A stretch of DNA of 63,343 nucleotides, filler included, from Octopus bimaculoides (GCF_001194135.2; 7 parts of 6 records of this genome joined end to end with filler, not necessarily neighbours in it), one strand, 5' to 3'. Positions 39,861-52,993 are shown, counted from the whole stretch's first letter. A program made the numbers and translations. Notes: a model not told the origin generated them from the sequence alone.

Positions 39861-40611
39861 TTAAGATTACTGTATATTGTTCTTCATGGTAGAGTTGAAA
39901 CTGAAGCACTATTTTCTTCCACGGATCCATAACTGTGCGTCTCCAGGCACATGAACACCAGCATTTGAATCATGTTGAAGAATGTAAAGATTTAATATTC
40001 TCATGCTTTCATTCCAATAAAAATTACTGCCTCTAGACTGCAATATATTTCAACATTACTCTGTATTCCTGAGGCAATGGAATTGGTTCAAGAATATTAA
40101 CATACAGAAATATTCAAAGCCAAGCCAAATACATTCTAATGCTTACTTCTCAGCATTTCCCATATGTATGTGAACTGATTCAAGTGATCCAAGATAGAAG
40201 CATTGTTAAATGTTGAACCACCGTTCATCACTTAAAACTTTAGACACCTTGAATCTATAAATTATGCAACAGTTGCACTTCTTAGCTTTCATCTTTTATT
40301 TCTTGTCATTTATGTCTGGGTCACTGAAATACAGACATGATGGCGAGTCGCATTCAATGGTTTCCTCAAACAAATTGACACCAGTACTCGCTGTTTAAGG
40401 CTGGAGCTTACTCAGTCGTTATGCATGATATAATACACATGCACACACACACCGCGCTCGAATGCGCACGCACACATACGAAATTGCCGGTGTCTTCTTT
40501 ACGCTCTATGTGTGAAATAATCAAGAAAACTCTAGGGTCCCATGATGGAATTCAGGTCTTAAGAAGGGATCAAAAATACTCTCTCCATTAGTTAAATCGT
40601 TTTAGAAAGCA

Positions 40612-41015
40612 AGCGTGGGTGTGTGGTTAGAAGTGTTATTCCCAACCACATGGTTCCAGGTCCAGTCTTCTACTAGTGTTTTGTACTACAGTTTGAGACA
40701 ACTAAAACCTTGTAAGTGGACTTAGTAGAGGGAAACTGAAGAAACCCGTCGTATATATGTACGCGTATGTGTGTGTGAGTGTATGAGTGTGTGTCTGGCT
40801 TTGTGTCTGTGTTTGTCCTTTACCAACGCTTGACAACAGACATTGGTGTGCTTACGTTCCCATAACCTTGCAGTTCGGCACGAGATACCAAAATAATAAG
40901 CACCAGGTTTTAAAAAAGAGTACTAGAGTAGATTCAGCACACTGAAAACTGTTGGCAGTGATGCCCCAGCATGGCCACAATCTACTGATTTAAACAAGTT
41001 CAAAGTAAACGATAA
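40612..41015 (+). mobile_element. SINE-B, near full length, diverged
   Basis: gtgtgtggttagaag...cccaaccacatggttcc...gaaactgaagaaacccgtcg...ccccagcatggccacaatc. Confidence 0.8.
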
Positions 41016-41129
41016 AATGTGTGCTCTTCGGTACCGAATAATCATACGAAATATATCAGAAAGCAATAAAACAAACTTGTAAATTGACTAAATATGCATT
41101 TCTCGTCTAACTCTGTCCGTCTACGAGGA

Positions 41130-41265
41130 AAGCCTCAGGGAAGTTCTCTGAATAGGCAAGGATTTGATCTCTGCTCCAGAAGGACACAACGCATCGCCGA
41201 GCCAGGAATCGAAACCACAATCTTACGAACATGAGTACAACACTCATAGCTACTCTGCTACACAT
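41130..41265 (-). mobile_element. tRNA-derived SINE head
   Basis: aggacacaacgcatcgccgagccaggaatcgaaaccacaatcttacga is the reverse complement of a B-box-containing head. Confidence 0.55.
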
Positions 41266-41290
41266 ACCCACAAGCAGATACAGAAGCATC

Positions 41291-41321
<31 letters not shown>

Positions 41322-41778
41322 NNNNNNNNNNNNNNNNNNNNNNNNNNNNNNNNNNNNNNNNNNNNNNNNNNNNNNNNNNNNNNNNNNNNNNNNNNNNNNN
41401 NNNNNNNNNNNNNNNNNNNNNNNNNNNNNNNNNNNNNNNNNNNNNNNNNNNNNNNNNNNNNNNNNNNNNNNNNNNNNNNNNNNNNNNNNNNNNNNNNNNN
41501 NNNNNNNNNNNNNNNNNNNNNNNNNNNNNNNNNNNNNNNNNNNNNNNNNNNNNNNNNNNNNNNNNNNNNNNNNNNNNNNNNNNNNNNNNNNNNNNNNNNN
41601 NNNNNNNNNNNNNNNNNNNNNNNNNNNNNNNNNNNNNNNNNNNNNNNNNNNNNNNNNNNNNNNNNNNNNNNNNNNNNNNNNNNNNNNNNNNNNNNNNNNN
41701 NNNNNNNNNNNNNNNNNNNNNNNNNNNNNNNNNNNNNNNNNNNNNNNNNNNNNNNNNNNNNNNNNNNNNNNNNNNNNN

Positions 41779-41817
<39 letters not shown>

Positions 41818-42349
41818 GGTATACGCCTGTATGTCTGTGTATAGTCTTATATGTGAGTATGGCAGTATGACAACGTTCGGGTTTTCTCTAATTTGTTACA
41901 ATTTGGATGTTTATCCGTCTGTGTGTAGGTATATATATACATACATAGGTGTGTAATTATGTTTGAATAAATGTATGTATGTATATACGCGTGTGTATGT
42001 GTTTGCATGTGTATGCTTGTGCGCGCGTGTATTCATGCATGTATATGTATGCATGAATGTATGTTCATATATATATATGAATATGTCCGTTGTGTGTTTA
42101 CTATGCATGTACGTTGGTGTGTACATCTACCCGCCTCGACGTCTCTGAGTACGCACACGTATACACACGCCCACACTATCATAAACACATACGGCGTATG
42201 TATATATATANNNNNNNNNNNNNNNNNNNNNNNNNNNNNNNNNNNNNNNNNNNNTTAATTAATTAANNNNNNNNNNNNNNNNNNNNNNNNNNNNNNNNNN
42301 NNNNNNNNNNCATACATATATATATATACATATACATATATATATATAC

Positions 42350-42400
<51 letters not shown>

Positions 42401-42474
42401 TATATATATATATACATATATGTATATATATATATATATACATATATTTATTTATGCGTTTCAGCTAAGTGGCT

Positions 42475-42543
42475 GTAAATAACATGGTAGATTAATCTAA
42501 TTATAATTAGATTAATTTCTAATTTTTCTACCATGTTATTTAC
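42475..42543. repeat. Nested hairpin: perfect 16-bp outer arms around a perfect 26-bp palindrome
   Basis: gtaaataacatggtag / ctaccatgttatttac, with attaatctaatta-taattagattaat inside. Confidence 0.9.
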
Positions 42544-44144
42544 ATGTTAATATTGCTGTTTGAAATGATCGTATGCATGGATTAAATTCTTTTCAAACTT
42601 TTAACATCTCTTCTCCATCTTTAACAGTTTGTTAAGTTTCTATGGGACATTTGTTCTAGAAATTCTCATAACACACCTTGTAGCATTTTCATATTTGCAA
42701 AATTCTTACAACAGTAAGCTACCAATGAAATATGAAGAATCTTTATTAGAAATCGACCTTTCGAACCCCACAAAGTAAAGGATGAAATAGAACTCAACCT
42801 TTTCTCTCTCTCTCACACACACACATATGTTGTTTACACTGTTTTTCTCTGCTAGCATGGGTTGGATGAATACATGGTATTAATGCATTGTTTGATGCTT
42901 TTCCTGCTACGAAAATTGACTGCCAGTGTTGCTCAAATTATAACAGCATGAAATTTTAAAATCATCAAACCTTGGTGCACTGTGTCATCTGTCCCTCTTT
43001 ACAACTAATTGTGAATTTTAGAAGCATCTATTTGTATTTCTATGTCTGCATTTGAAATCACTTGCTTAAAAGCAATCACTTTTGTATTTCAAACAGAAAT
43101 CTAAAAAAAAATTTTTAATTCAATTTAAATTACAGTAAGGATGTTATTCCAAAAGTCTAGGGTTATATTGTTTAACATTTTCTTTTTATGAATAATTTTA
43201 TTTTAGAAAATAATAGGTTTGTTTAGCAATATAATTACTTTCTTTCATTCTTCTGCTTTTTAAACGCAACCATGCTAAAACAAGCAGCTAACTTCAGAAC
43301 AACTTCCAACATTAAAAGGCTCCTCTCTTCATCCTTTGCTCTACATTGTTCAAAAACTTTGATTAACTGATCTTAATGGGGGTGACTCCTCTGCTTGTTG
43401 TTTTTAGTATTAAACACTCCGAGACAAAGTGTCTACTAATTGCTTGGATAATCTGAAATAATTCAAGTTCTCCAACTCCCTGTATTACATATTACACACT
43501 CAACCATATTTGTACAACTATATATAGACTATTTGTTTTTAGTTTTGTAATGAGTCCATACAACTAATTTTACAGTGTTTCTTCCAGAGTTGTCTCACTG
43601 CTGAAAACCATTAATGGATGTATGTATAACTATTAATATGTGTTTACATTTGCCTTTATAATGTCAATATAGCAATTAGTAAGATACTGTATTTATTTAG
43701 TTATATATATTGTGGTTAATGATCTCTTTCTTTTTACTCTTGCAACTTGAGATCTACTCTAGTGTTTGTTGTATACATATACAAGGCAACTGAAGTTAAT
43801 TAAAATAGTTGCTTTAGATACCATATGGGATGTGAAAAATATGCATTACACTATCAAAGTGGATTGTAGGCAATTTATTAGTAGATAAAAAAGCCTATGG
43901 ATATGTAAAAAAAAAAAAAAAATAGGGGCCGGGGCTCTGATGAGAAAATACGAAAACTTTTATATATCAACGATTTTCATAAAACAAAAACAGTAGCTTA
44001 GCTTAGCTGAAAGTAATTTTAATGAAATTTGCCAATTATATTTTAAAACTAAATCATTTAGAAAACACAGGATGTGTATCCTGAAACAAAAAAGTTGTTC
44101 AAAGAATGTACATTTCTAAAATAGTTTTCAGAACTTTAGTAGTA

Positions 44145-44510
44145 AGGTGCAGGCGCCACTAAATGGTAAGAATGTTGCTTCCCAACCACATGGTTCCACG
44201 TTCAGTTCCACTATGTGGAATCTTTGGCAAGTGTTTTCTACCTTGGGCTGAGCAAAGCCCTGTGAGTGGGTGTGGTTGACGGAAACTTAAAGATGCCTAT
44301 CGTGTGTGTGTGTGTGTGTGTGTGTTCGTCCCCTACCACCGCTTGAAACCGGTGTTGGTGTGTTTACGACCCCGTAACTTAGCGGTTCGGCAAAACAAAA
44401 TGATAAAATAAGTACCAAGTTTTGAAAGAAAATAAGTACTGGGATCGATTAGTTTGACTAAAATTCCTCAAGGCGGTGCTACAGTATGGCCGCAGTCTAA
44501 TGACAGTAAA
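44145..44510 (+). mobile_element. SINE-B, full length
   Basis: aaggtgcaggc...cccaaccacatggttcc...gtaacttagcggttcggcaaa...aaggcggtgctacagtatggccgcagtctaatgac. Confidence 0.85.
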
Positions 44511-44829
44511 GGTAATTTAATGTTTTCTTTCAGTTTTGTTATTCAGAGAGATGTTTAAACTACTTTTAATCGAATAAACTCCCTTTATAAGGCTGAAGAT
44601 TTTTTTTCTTTAAGCAGGTTGATAGTTTGATACGGCACGTCAAAACATAAACTCTTTTTAAGTGTCTATCATTAATATTAGTATCAACAATTGTGTATAG
44701 CATCTGATTTCTGATACAGCTCAACGAAATTTAATACTATAATTGCTCACTCACACTTCACGTTCATTTCATGATAAAAATATAATCTTCATAAGAGCAA
44801 CGATGTTACTAAAGAGTTGTTTCCCCTTG

Positions 44830-45230
44830 TCCAAATTAACTTCGAAAGCAAAAAACCTCACTGCGTTCTTCGCACTATTTTTGAAGCCATTAATAAATAC
44901 GAATAGTTAATAATTTTAACAATTATCTTGGTGCTAAAGACAAATTTTCTGGTATTTTGATATACGCAATAACTTTGAAATGTTAATGAATGTTTTACAT
45001 AATGCTACGTTTGGAGTTGCGCAAATAGCAAGTGACTTGATGTGAGGTTGAGACTGGGTATTGAAACAAGCTATTATATCGAGGAAGAATTCTTTTAGAT
45101 ATTTAAAATCGCACAAAAACTTGTAAATTCACTTTTAATTAATTTTTTTTTGATGTCAACATTTTCATAGCGCAACTGCAATCTTGTCACAACAGTATCA
45201 GTGGCCACGTCGTAGTTGAACGACAAAAAT
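44830..45230 (-). mobile_element. Possible hAT transposase C-terminal remnant
   Basis: Broken minus frames FNYDVATDTVVTRLQLRYE, FINISKLLRI and FINGFKNSAKNAVRF loosely resemble the hAT dimerisation-domain region. Confidence 0.3.
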
Positions 45231-45555
45231 TTTTACACCTCAAAAAATAAAAAGTGAAGAATAATGTCTATTTCTCTAAGTTGTTACGCAATGAAGGTTA
45301 ACAAAAAATCATAAGTTTGAGTTATTATTCAAAAGATGTATTTCAAGTCATTCTTTATATCTTATGAACTGAAGATGAGATTTCATTTTTCAAATATTTA
45401 TAAAACTATTCTCTAATGTGTTCTAATATTAAAGGCAATTTATATGTAGTGGAAGGATATTTTTTTTCTGTAGAGGGGAGACTTTTTCATTGGTTTGGTC
45501 TGAGGGCAGAGGTTCTTGGGGATTTTGTAGGGTCACCGACATTGCTTTCTATTCT

Positions 45556-45768
45556 TTAACCTTTTAGCATTCAGATTACTCTGTCAAATGTATTGCTTAT
45601 ATATTCACATTGCTTTGAATTAATCATGCATTATCCCATAGCTTGGAGATTTTGATAACGTGATTGATTATTTTAGAATGACATTGAAGAGTAGGTGTGA
45701 GAGGCTGGATCTGATTGGTTGAAACATAAAGTAGGTAGATATGATTGGTTTTAATGCTAAAGGGTTAA
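45556..45768. mobile_element. piggyBac-like MITE with TTAA target duplication
   Basis: TTAA-ccttttagcatt...aatgctaaaggg-TTAA: 12-bp TIR with one mismatch; element 45560-45764. Confidence 0.8.
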
Positions 45769-46099
45769 TGTTTGACTAGTTGGGAGTATGCCTTGCTTTT
45801 CAAGATTCTGCAATGAAAGGAGGGTCAATTTAATTGTCTGTATCCTCCCACAGAATGTGTGACCAATATTAGAAAACAATAATTAGTTATATCCCACATT
45901 TTTCAATTCCAATTTGCCACCTTCCCTACTTGCCCAGGAACAATGAAATAAATAGTTTACTGAGATTTATTATAAAACAAAAGATCATATTGACTATTAT
46001 GCTTTTTTTTTCTTTTAAACCTAAATCTAGAGAAAGTGATCATGCCTACAACCTTAGCAGGACTTCTCAGATCAGTGAGACTGATGCTGTTAGTATCCT

Positions 46100-46770
46100 A
46101 CTTAAACTGTCCCAACTTAGGACAGTTTGAATGGGAAATATATATGCAGGGAAAGATTTCTGCAGGGCTTATGTTCTAGAGAGATGAGACAGGCCATATT
46201 GGTTAGTGATTGCAGTAAAGATAGGTGTAGTGAGAAAATTTCACAAGGCTGATATTCTAGAGAGATAAGAAAAAACATAGTAGTTAGTGTAGGACCTGTA
46301 GGGTTGGACACAAGGCCAGCCAGCTCCAGAGAGCTGAGGTAAGTGTAATAGTATTAGAAAAGGCAAAGGAGAAGAGAGCAGGCCTGTAGGCCAGTGGCCT
46401 GTGATCAATATTAGATAGCTTTTCTATTGCAGTCCACCTGTATGAAGTTGTAGCACTATGCCAGATGTGAGACCAATATGCCATTGAGAAGCTTGTAGAA
46501 GTTCAGTAATTGTTGAGGACTGAAAATATTTTCTGGCTTTAAAGAAAAGAGCCAGTTCTTGAAATTCAATTTTTTTTTCTGTTCAGGATGTGAGTTCATC
46601 AGGAGAGATTCTCAGTGGTAATGAGGTCTAGTATTAAGAGTGGTCACAAACACATGAATTGCATGCTGGTTGTGTTCAAGTGTGATGAGTTTTTTTTGTT
46701 TTTTGCACTGAGGGAGACAAAGCTGGTATGAATCCATCAATGTTGGAATTTGAACTGTTTGACTGTTGAT
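46100..46770 (-). mobile_element. Old CR1/Jockey-group LINE, RT C-terminal remnant
   Basis: Broken minus frames LDLITTENLS**THIL, ENIFSPQQLLNFYK, MAYWSHIW and LSNIDHR resemble LGLTITxNLSWxxHI, FSPxQLLxLYK, MEYCSHIW and LxHRR. Confidence 0.6.
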
Positions 46771-47579
46771 CATCATGCTTCACAACTAGTTTTGATTTTG
46801 ATAATGAGCCATTATAAGCGATTTTCCTTTCATTAATAACAGTCTTTTATACCTTCTAACATACTATTGTTCATGATCACTATATTTTTATACTTTTAAA
46901 CTATTTTAGTTAAAACACTTTTGCTGAGCAATGGTAGATATTTTAATACTTGAATGAGATCTAAACTATTATGCATTTGTCTGTGTTTGATCTTTTCTGT
47001 GGTTTATGGTTTTACTTTGCATAAAAGTGAGTATCTGTGAGTTCACTTTATCCAGTGACTCTTAGCTAGGTCCACATGTTAAATCCTTATACTTCTACAA
47101 TACACAAGATCTTTTAATTTTTTTATATAATTCTTAATAATATTTAATTATAAAAATATAATAGGAGTTTTGTAAACATCAAATGGCTACGAGGGTCCAC
47201 CCAAGTAAAATAGTAATCAGAAGGGTCCACAGGTAAAAATATGATTGAGAATCACTGATTTCACCCAAGGCATATTCTGATATGTGGCTTCATTTTGTTC
47301 AAGTTAGGTAAAATATATCACAATATATATATATATGTATATATTCTGTTTCCTTCTTTATCCACTCTCCCTCTTTCTCATACTCACCCACCTAATCAGC
47401 TAATCTGTTGGAGTTGGCAGCGCATTAATAATTACTTATGTTGTAGCGAAACCTTACCTTTATTAAATAATTTTTATTATTTCTATGAATTTTAACATTC
47501 TCCCCCCAATGTTATGTTTTGCTTCCATCCAAAGATCAGCAACTCAAGTAATGGAGAGAGGGAGAGGGAGAGAGGGAGA

Positions 47580-47618
<39 letters not shown>

Positions 47619-48240
47619 TGTGTGTGTGTGTGTTTGCTTGCATGCACTTATTGTGATGTTTGCAAACGTGAGTGTACATTTTTATATATGTAGTTTATTT
47701 AAGCCAGTCTAGAGTAACAGGTCACTGAACCAGCTTTGAATATTACATGCTACATTTCTATTGAGTACTTCTTTTCTGAATTGTTACCCAACAACATGTG
47801 TGTGTTTATAGTGAGCATAATTTTATTCCTATTTTCTATATTGGAATGAGCTGATTTATTTGTGTTTGTATCAGAATATCTGTATATATAGATGGATGTA
47901 ATATTGTATGCATGTATGTGTATGTATGTATAGAGATAAGTGCTTGGACTTTAGGGTGTGAACATTTATTATCTTGGTGTGAATATGTCTGGGAGGGTGT
48001 GTATTTACCACTGTTCATATAAGACATCTGCTTCAAATTCTCAAAGCCTTAACCTAACTTCATGCATGAGTGATTCTGGTCAACACCAAAAGAACCTAAA
48101 CAACAATGAACTCTATTTATCTAAGAAATTCAATAGCTGTTCTGCTTTGGCTTAATCTATACACTCCATCACTCTAACCCAAGTTTCTCCCTCCTCCATA
48201 CAAAAATTCTTTCACCCACACAAACTGTCTATTCTTAATA

Positions 48241-48405
48241 AATAGGCACAATTCCTGAAATTTTTGGATTGGGAGTGGAGGGTAGCTGCTTACACTGACC
48301 CCCAAGGATCTATTTTATTGACCCTGAAACCAGGAAAGACAAAGTCAACCTCAGTGGAATTTGAGCTTAGAAGATAAAGCTGCGCTAATGATTCTGCCAG
48401 CTTGC
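48241..48405 (-). mobile_element. SINE-A, old copy with CpGs mutated to TpG/CpA
   Basis: tttattgaccctgaaa..ggaaagacaaagtcaacctcagtggaatttgagcttagaa...ctaatgattctgccagcttgc compared with the CpG-intact copy at 39625-39860. Confidence 0.75.
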
Positions 48406-48440
48406 AGAGGCAGATGAAGCAGTGCTGAATGAAATATAGG

Positions 48441-48703
48441 ATGTAGGAAGGACTTCTGGCTGTGGAAATAGTCTTGAGGAAAAAATTCTCTTCAATGTGT
48501 GAAAATACATTATTGGATTGTAGGACTCATGCATTTATGCATCATTATGTTTCATCAGCTACAAATACTAAATCAGTCTTTCATAGACCTGCAAATCTGA
48601 TGACATCTTTCTCAGCCCAATGATGTGTTTTCACATATTTTGTTAATGAAGAGAATTTTCTCCCAAGACTATTTCCACAGCAAAAAAAAAAATCTTACTA
48701 CAT
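48441..48703. mobile_element. Foldback/MITE-like element with long imperfect inverted arms
   Basis: gctgtggaaatagtcttgaggaaaaaattctcttca...gtgaaaatacattattgg (48459-48516) is inverse to 48617-48681; outer atgtag/ctacat. Confidence 0.75.
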
Positions 48704-49028
48704 CTAAGTGTATATGAATGTATTAAATATAATTGTACACACATAAATAACAATGATTATATTTTCCTATTAAATTTTACGCTGTTGCAAAATCTACTGG
48801 TTTTTAATTGTCAATCTGCCTACAAGTAACTCGCTGTATCTTTTTGCCCTATCAAGAGAGAATTGCATAAGTAATATATCTCCAACTACAGTATTCCCAA
48901 TTTAACAACAGCTAACCAGTGAAAGAAACTATGAATCATTTCTTGACATACACAATAAACAAAGTATTTTTACTGATATTTTTTAATGACTATGTGTAAT
49001 GAATTTATGAAACACACATATTAAAATA

Positions 49029-49069
<41 letters not shown>

Positions 49070-49554
49070 TATAGTCTTTTAATATGTGTACTTTATGTAT
49101 TAAGTAACATTGGGCTTATGAACAGTGTATTTGCAGGCAGGTGAAGAAAGTATGCAGTTGCTAATGACAAATCCAATAAGAATTGAGACATGCTTATAAC
49201 TGATTTGTCTTTATCTGTCCATGCATATATTGAATAGACAAATTGTTTACTACTGTTATCTCTAGCAGAAGAGTATCCACCACTAGGGATGATCACAAAG
49301 AGGTTGAAACCGTATGGTCTGGTGGCCTTGTGGCTGGAAAATGGTAGAGGTTCCCTCCCATGCCTGCAATATATATTGGGTGCAAATTGCATCAAATAAC
49401 CAGCTGAAGGAGGCATCCTCCTGGGGTTAAAAATAACAGTAATGCTGGTTCTTACAGAACATCCATGTTTAAGTGGCAATAAACATTACTTTTCAATATA
49501 GTTACTGCTTTCAACTTTTATAGAGATTTTAACTAAATGTGTGTGCGTACCTGC

Positions 49555-49588
<34 letters not shown>

Positions 49589-49899
49589 CATCATCATCGT
49601 TTAACGTCCGCTTTCCATGCTAGGGAGAGAGAGAACTACTAAAATATTGATGATTTATGTGCGAGACATGTAGTGGTGGCAGCAGTGATGGTAAAGAATA
49701 ATGCTTGCTTATTCAATAAGGCATTTGTAAGTACTAATTTGTTGGGCCAAGTTATATATTTGGTAATGTGGCTGTCTGGCACACTGCAGATATCTCCCAC
49801 TGGCAGTTCTGTTCAGTATTCTATCATATGTCATACTTATTGAATGTATAATTTTCATTTTGTATTATAAAATCTTGAATTACAGTATGTATGTGTGTG

Positions 49900-50135
49900 T
49901 ATCATCATCATCATTGTTTATATATCATCCTCCTCCTTTAACATTAATTTTCCATGCTGGCATGTGTCGGACAGTTTGACCAGAGCTGGCAAGCCAGAGA
50001 GCTTGGCTTCTATGGCTGGATGACCTTCCTAATGCCAACTACATTACAATGTGTTCTGGGTGCTTTTAATGTGGCACTGGCATGAGCATTTTTTAAGTGG
50101 TGCCAGCACATGATATCTACAGTATGCCAGACAGC
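49900..50135 (-). mobile_element. RTE-type 3' end with (GAT)n tail, diverged
   Basis: catcatcat...tttccatgctggcatg...gacagtttgac...gctggatgaccttcctaatgccaac...gtgcttttaatgtggcactggca. A shorter stub lies at 49586-49624. Confidence 0.6.
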
Positions 50136-50170
50136 CACAGTAGTTCTCTCTCTCTCTCTCTATATCTATA

Positions 50171-50232
<62 letters not shown>

Positions 50233-50694
50233 CACACATACAACTGAAGTCANNNNNNNNNNAGCCATGCATGATAATGACCAAAATAAGTAAAAATAAT
50301 TTTAAAAAGAATTTGGGAACATATCAGCTAAAATTTTAGCAAATACCTAGAGTTGAGACATTAAAAATCTTTTCAGAATGCAAAAATGGAATTCTCAATT
50401 CCTGACTTATGAACACTGTTATCCAGCATATGCATCTCTTTTCAACATGGTGTTACTTATTGTTTATCAAAATGTTGCTTAAACGTGGAAAAGGCACATA
50501 GACAGACTTCTCATATAAATAGCTTTCACTGGTTTAAAAAAAAAAAAATTACTGGGATATTTAGAGCTGGAGGAATAAGAGTATTTTTAAAATATCAGTT
50601 CTGCAAAGGCTTGACCCATCTTTTGGTACTAACAAAAATGATTGGAAATGAAGGTAGATATGGTTTCAGCTATTCTTTTGGGCTGGCTTAAATA

Positions 50695-50736
<42 letters not shown>

Positions 50737-50739
<3 letters not shown>

Positions 50740-51085
50740 ATTACCATCATCAATTAACGTCTGTTTTCCATACTGGCATGGGTTGGACGGTTTGACTGAG
50801 GTCTGGAGAGCCAGCAGCTGCACCAGGCACCAATCTGGCCTGACAGAGTTTCTACAGCGGGATGCCCTTCCTAACACCAACCACTCCAAGAGTGTAGTGG
50901 GTGCTATTTGTGTGCCACCGGCACAGGAGCCAGTAAGGTGGGCCTGGCAATGATCGCATTTAGATGGTGCTTTTTTACGTGCCACCACCACAGGAGCCAG
51001 TCAGGGGGTTCTGACATCAGTCATGATCGGTTGGTGCTTTTTACATGCCACTGGCACCAGAGCCAGTAAGGTGAGTCTGGCAACA
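50737..51085 (-). mobile_element. RTE-type LINE/SINE 3' end with (GAT)n tail and internal tandem repeats
   Basis: catcatcaattaacgtctgttttccatactggcatgggttggacggtttgac...gcgggatgcccttcctaacaccaacc, then three imperfect ggtgct...tgccac...gagccagt units. Confidence 0.65.
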
Positions 51086-52209
51086 AAATATTAGTTAATT
51101 TAATGTTGATTGTAGCTGTTTGGCCAATTCTTGATAATTTCCATTTTGGAAACAGGTCAAGTTGAAGAAGTTACTTAGTGTTCAACCAAGGACCAGTCAA
51201 ATGAATTTATAATTAAAACCAGTGTTGAACAGTTACTATAGCTTATGAAAGGATCGATTTATTTTTAATCATATGCATGACCATGACCTGGTGTTTTTGC
51301 ACCTAAACTGGCTCAAAATTCACAAGAGTTACCAAGGTTCTATTAATAAAGTTAAACACTGGTGGGAATTAAAAGCAATTACAAATTCATACTGATCAAT
51401 TCTTTCCAAAGATATGTTTCAGCAAATAACATTATAAATCTTTCTTTCAAGCGCATTCTTGCAAGTATGCACCTCATGCTTAACAACTTGAGAGAAAGCT
51501 ATTTTCACAAATCTGCCACCAAACTAGATCATCACCTTTAAACTAAATGTCGTGGACTACAGCAAATGTATTTTGAGGGACAGTCCATTGAATTCTTTAG
51601 CAACTGAATCACTGTAAACAATGCACCTGATTATAACATCTCTTTCTAATCTTCAATAAAATATCAATCATTGGTAACACTATTGTCACTGCCATTTTCA
51701 TCATTTTCTATAATTGGTGGGTTATTAGTAGTATAAAAATTTGAAGTAAATAACAAAACTAATTTAATATTTTTTGAATGTTAGATATACTATCAACAGA
51801 TCTTGTAAGCATTTCTTTCACAGTTACCAGTCATTAGATCAGCCACTTCATATGATACACTTAGCTGAAGGATATATGAAGGACTGCTTTGTCTTCTGAT
51901 ATGAAATGGCATTTAAGGTAGAGGAGATATACATGAACAACTACTGCAGTTAAGTATTTAGAACATTTAACTTTATTGCATTTGCATGTTAGAACTATAA
52001 TCTGAAAGAACTACTACTAAACTACTACTTGACAAACTGCCCAAAGTGTTTTCAAATTTTGACTTTTGCATTTTTTTATGTAGAGCTTTATGACAATTTA
52101 AACAATGTGCGTGTGTGTGTGCATGCACACATGATGTATACATATACTTACATATATACACACACACATATACATACATATAAATGCACACACACATACA
52201 CATATATTT

Positions 52210-52800
52210 TGGATAGGTCACCTGCCATCAACAAATTAATGATAGAAACCTATCTTGATCATTTTCAGAAAGAATGGACAAACAAGATAGACACACACCT
52301 ACTCATAACTACTTTATCTTATCAGATGTCAACAATCTTATTCCATCTCTAGTCACTAATTTATTGTAATATATCCATGTGCTCTGAGAGGACACTTAAG
52401 ACCAGCTGTGAATAAGATGGGCTGGAGAGACATCTGTACATCTTTGGATTGATTACTTTGAGATTCTGAGACAATGATGGAGTATATATATGTCAGTAGA
52501 TGATTCAATAAAAGTCTAGTGAATATCTTACAAACATTTACTAGTAAGGAAATAGTATGACAGTCACTGATTTAACATGGCACTTTTTCCCATGTGCTAT
52601 GAAATTAGAACTGCATCTCTTCAATCCTGTAGAATTAGTGAATCATTCCACATATTGGCAATTAGCATGATCTCAAGAACAGTCACTACATCCCCACCAT
52701 GCTTGATAACTTCAGCTGATATACCATGAACTTCAAGGTCTTTACCTGAGTTGATCTGTTCAATGGTAATTGTGATTTCTCTATGTTAGGATTATTATCC
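52210..52800 (-). mobile_element. RTE (BovB-like) reverse transcriptase remnant
   Basis: Minus frames EITITIEQINSGKDLEVHGISAEVIKHGG...MWND..QD*RDA and TISLLVNVCKIFTRLLLNHL...VSESQ resemble RTE RT domains 0-2 (GKAPGxDGIPAE..K.GG; ISLLxxxGKIxARxLLNRL; PESQ). Confidence 0.75.
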
Positions 52801-52958
52801 ACTAGCAGGTGTTAAAGAGAATAATGAAATCTAAAAACGCCGTCTAGACTACGCATCANNNNNNNNNNNNNNNNNNNNNNNNNNNNNNNNNNNNNNNNNN
52901 NNTTAATTAATTAANNNNNNNNNNNNNNNNNNNNNNNNNNNNNNNNNNNNNNNNNNNN

Positions 52959-52993
<35 letters not shown>

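Noticed and set aside
43239-43452. Minus-strand segment with acceptor-like (tttcag) and donor-like (gtaatt) ends and a protein-like partial frame
   Set aside because: All three frames contain stops across the putative 214-nt exon.
43931-44010. CTGATGA-G-aaaata-C-GAAA, a minimal hammerhead core
   Set aside because: I could not build compatible stems I and III with a UH site, so it is likely chance.
47180-47257. hAT/Charlie-like terminal sequence (atgattgagaatcactg)
   Set aside because: I could not find a matching opposite TIR or a TSD.
49093-49479. 128-aa minus ORF in the CpG-poor domain
   Set aside because: It has no recognisable domain or convincing splice sites. The opposite strand has faint L1/Tx1-like fragments that are too weak to call.
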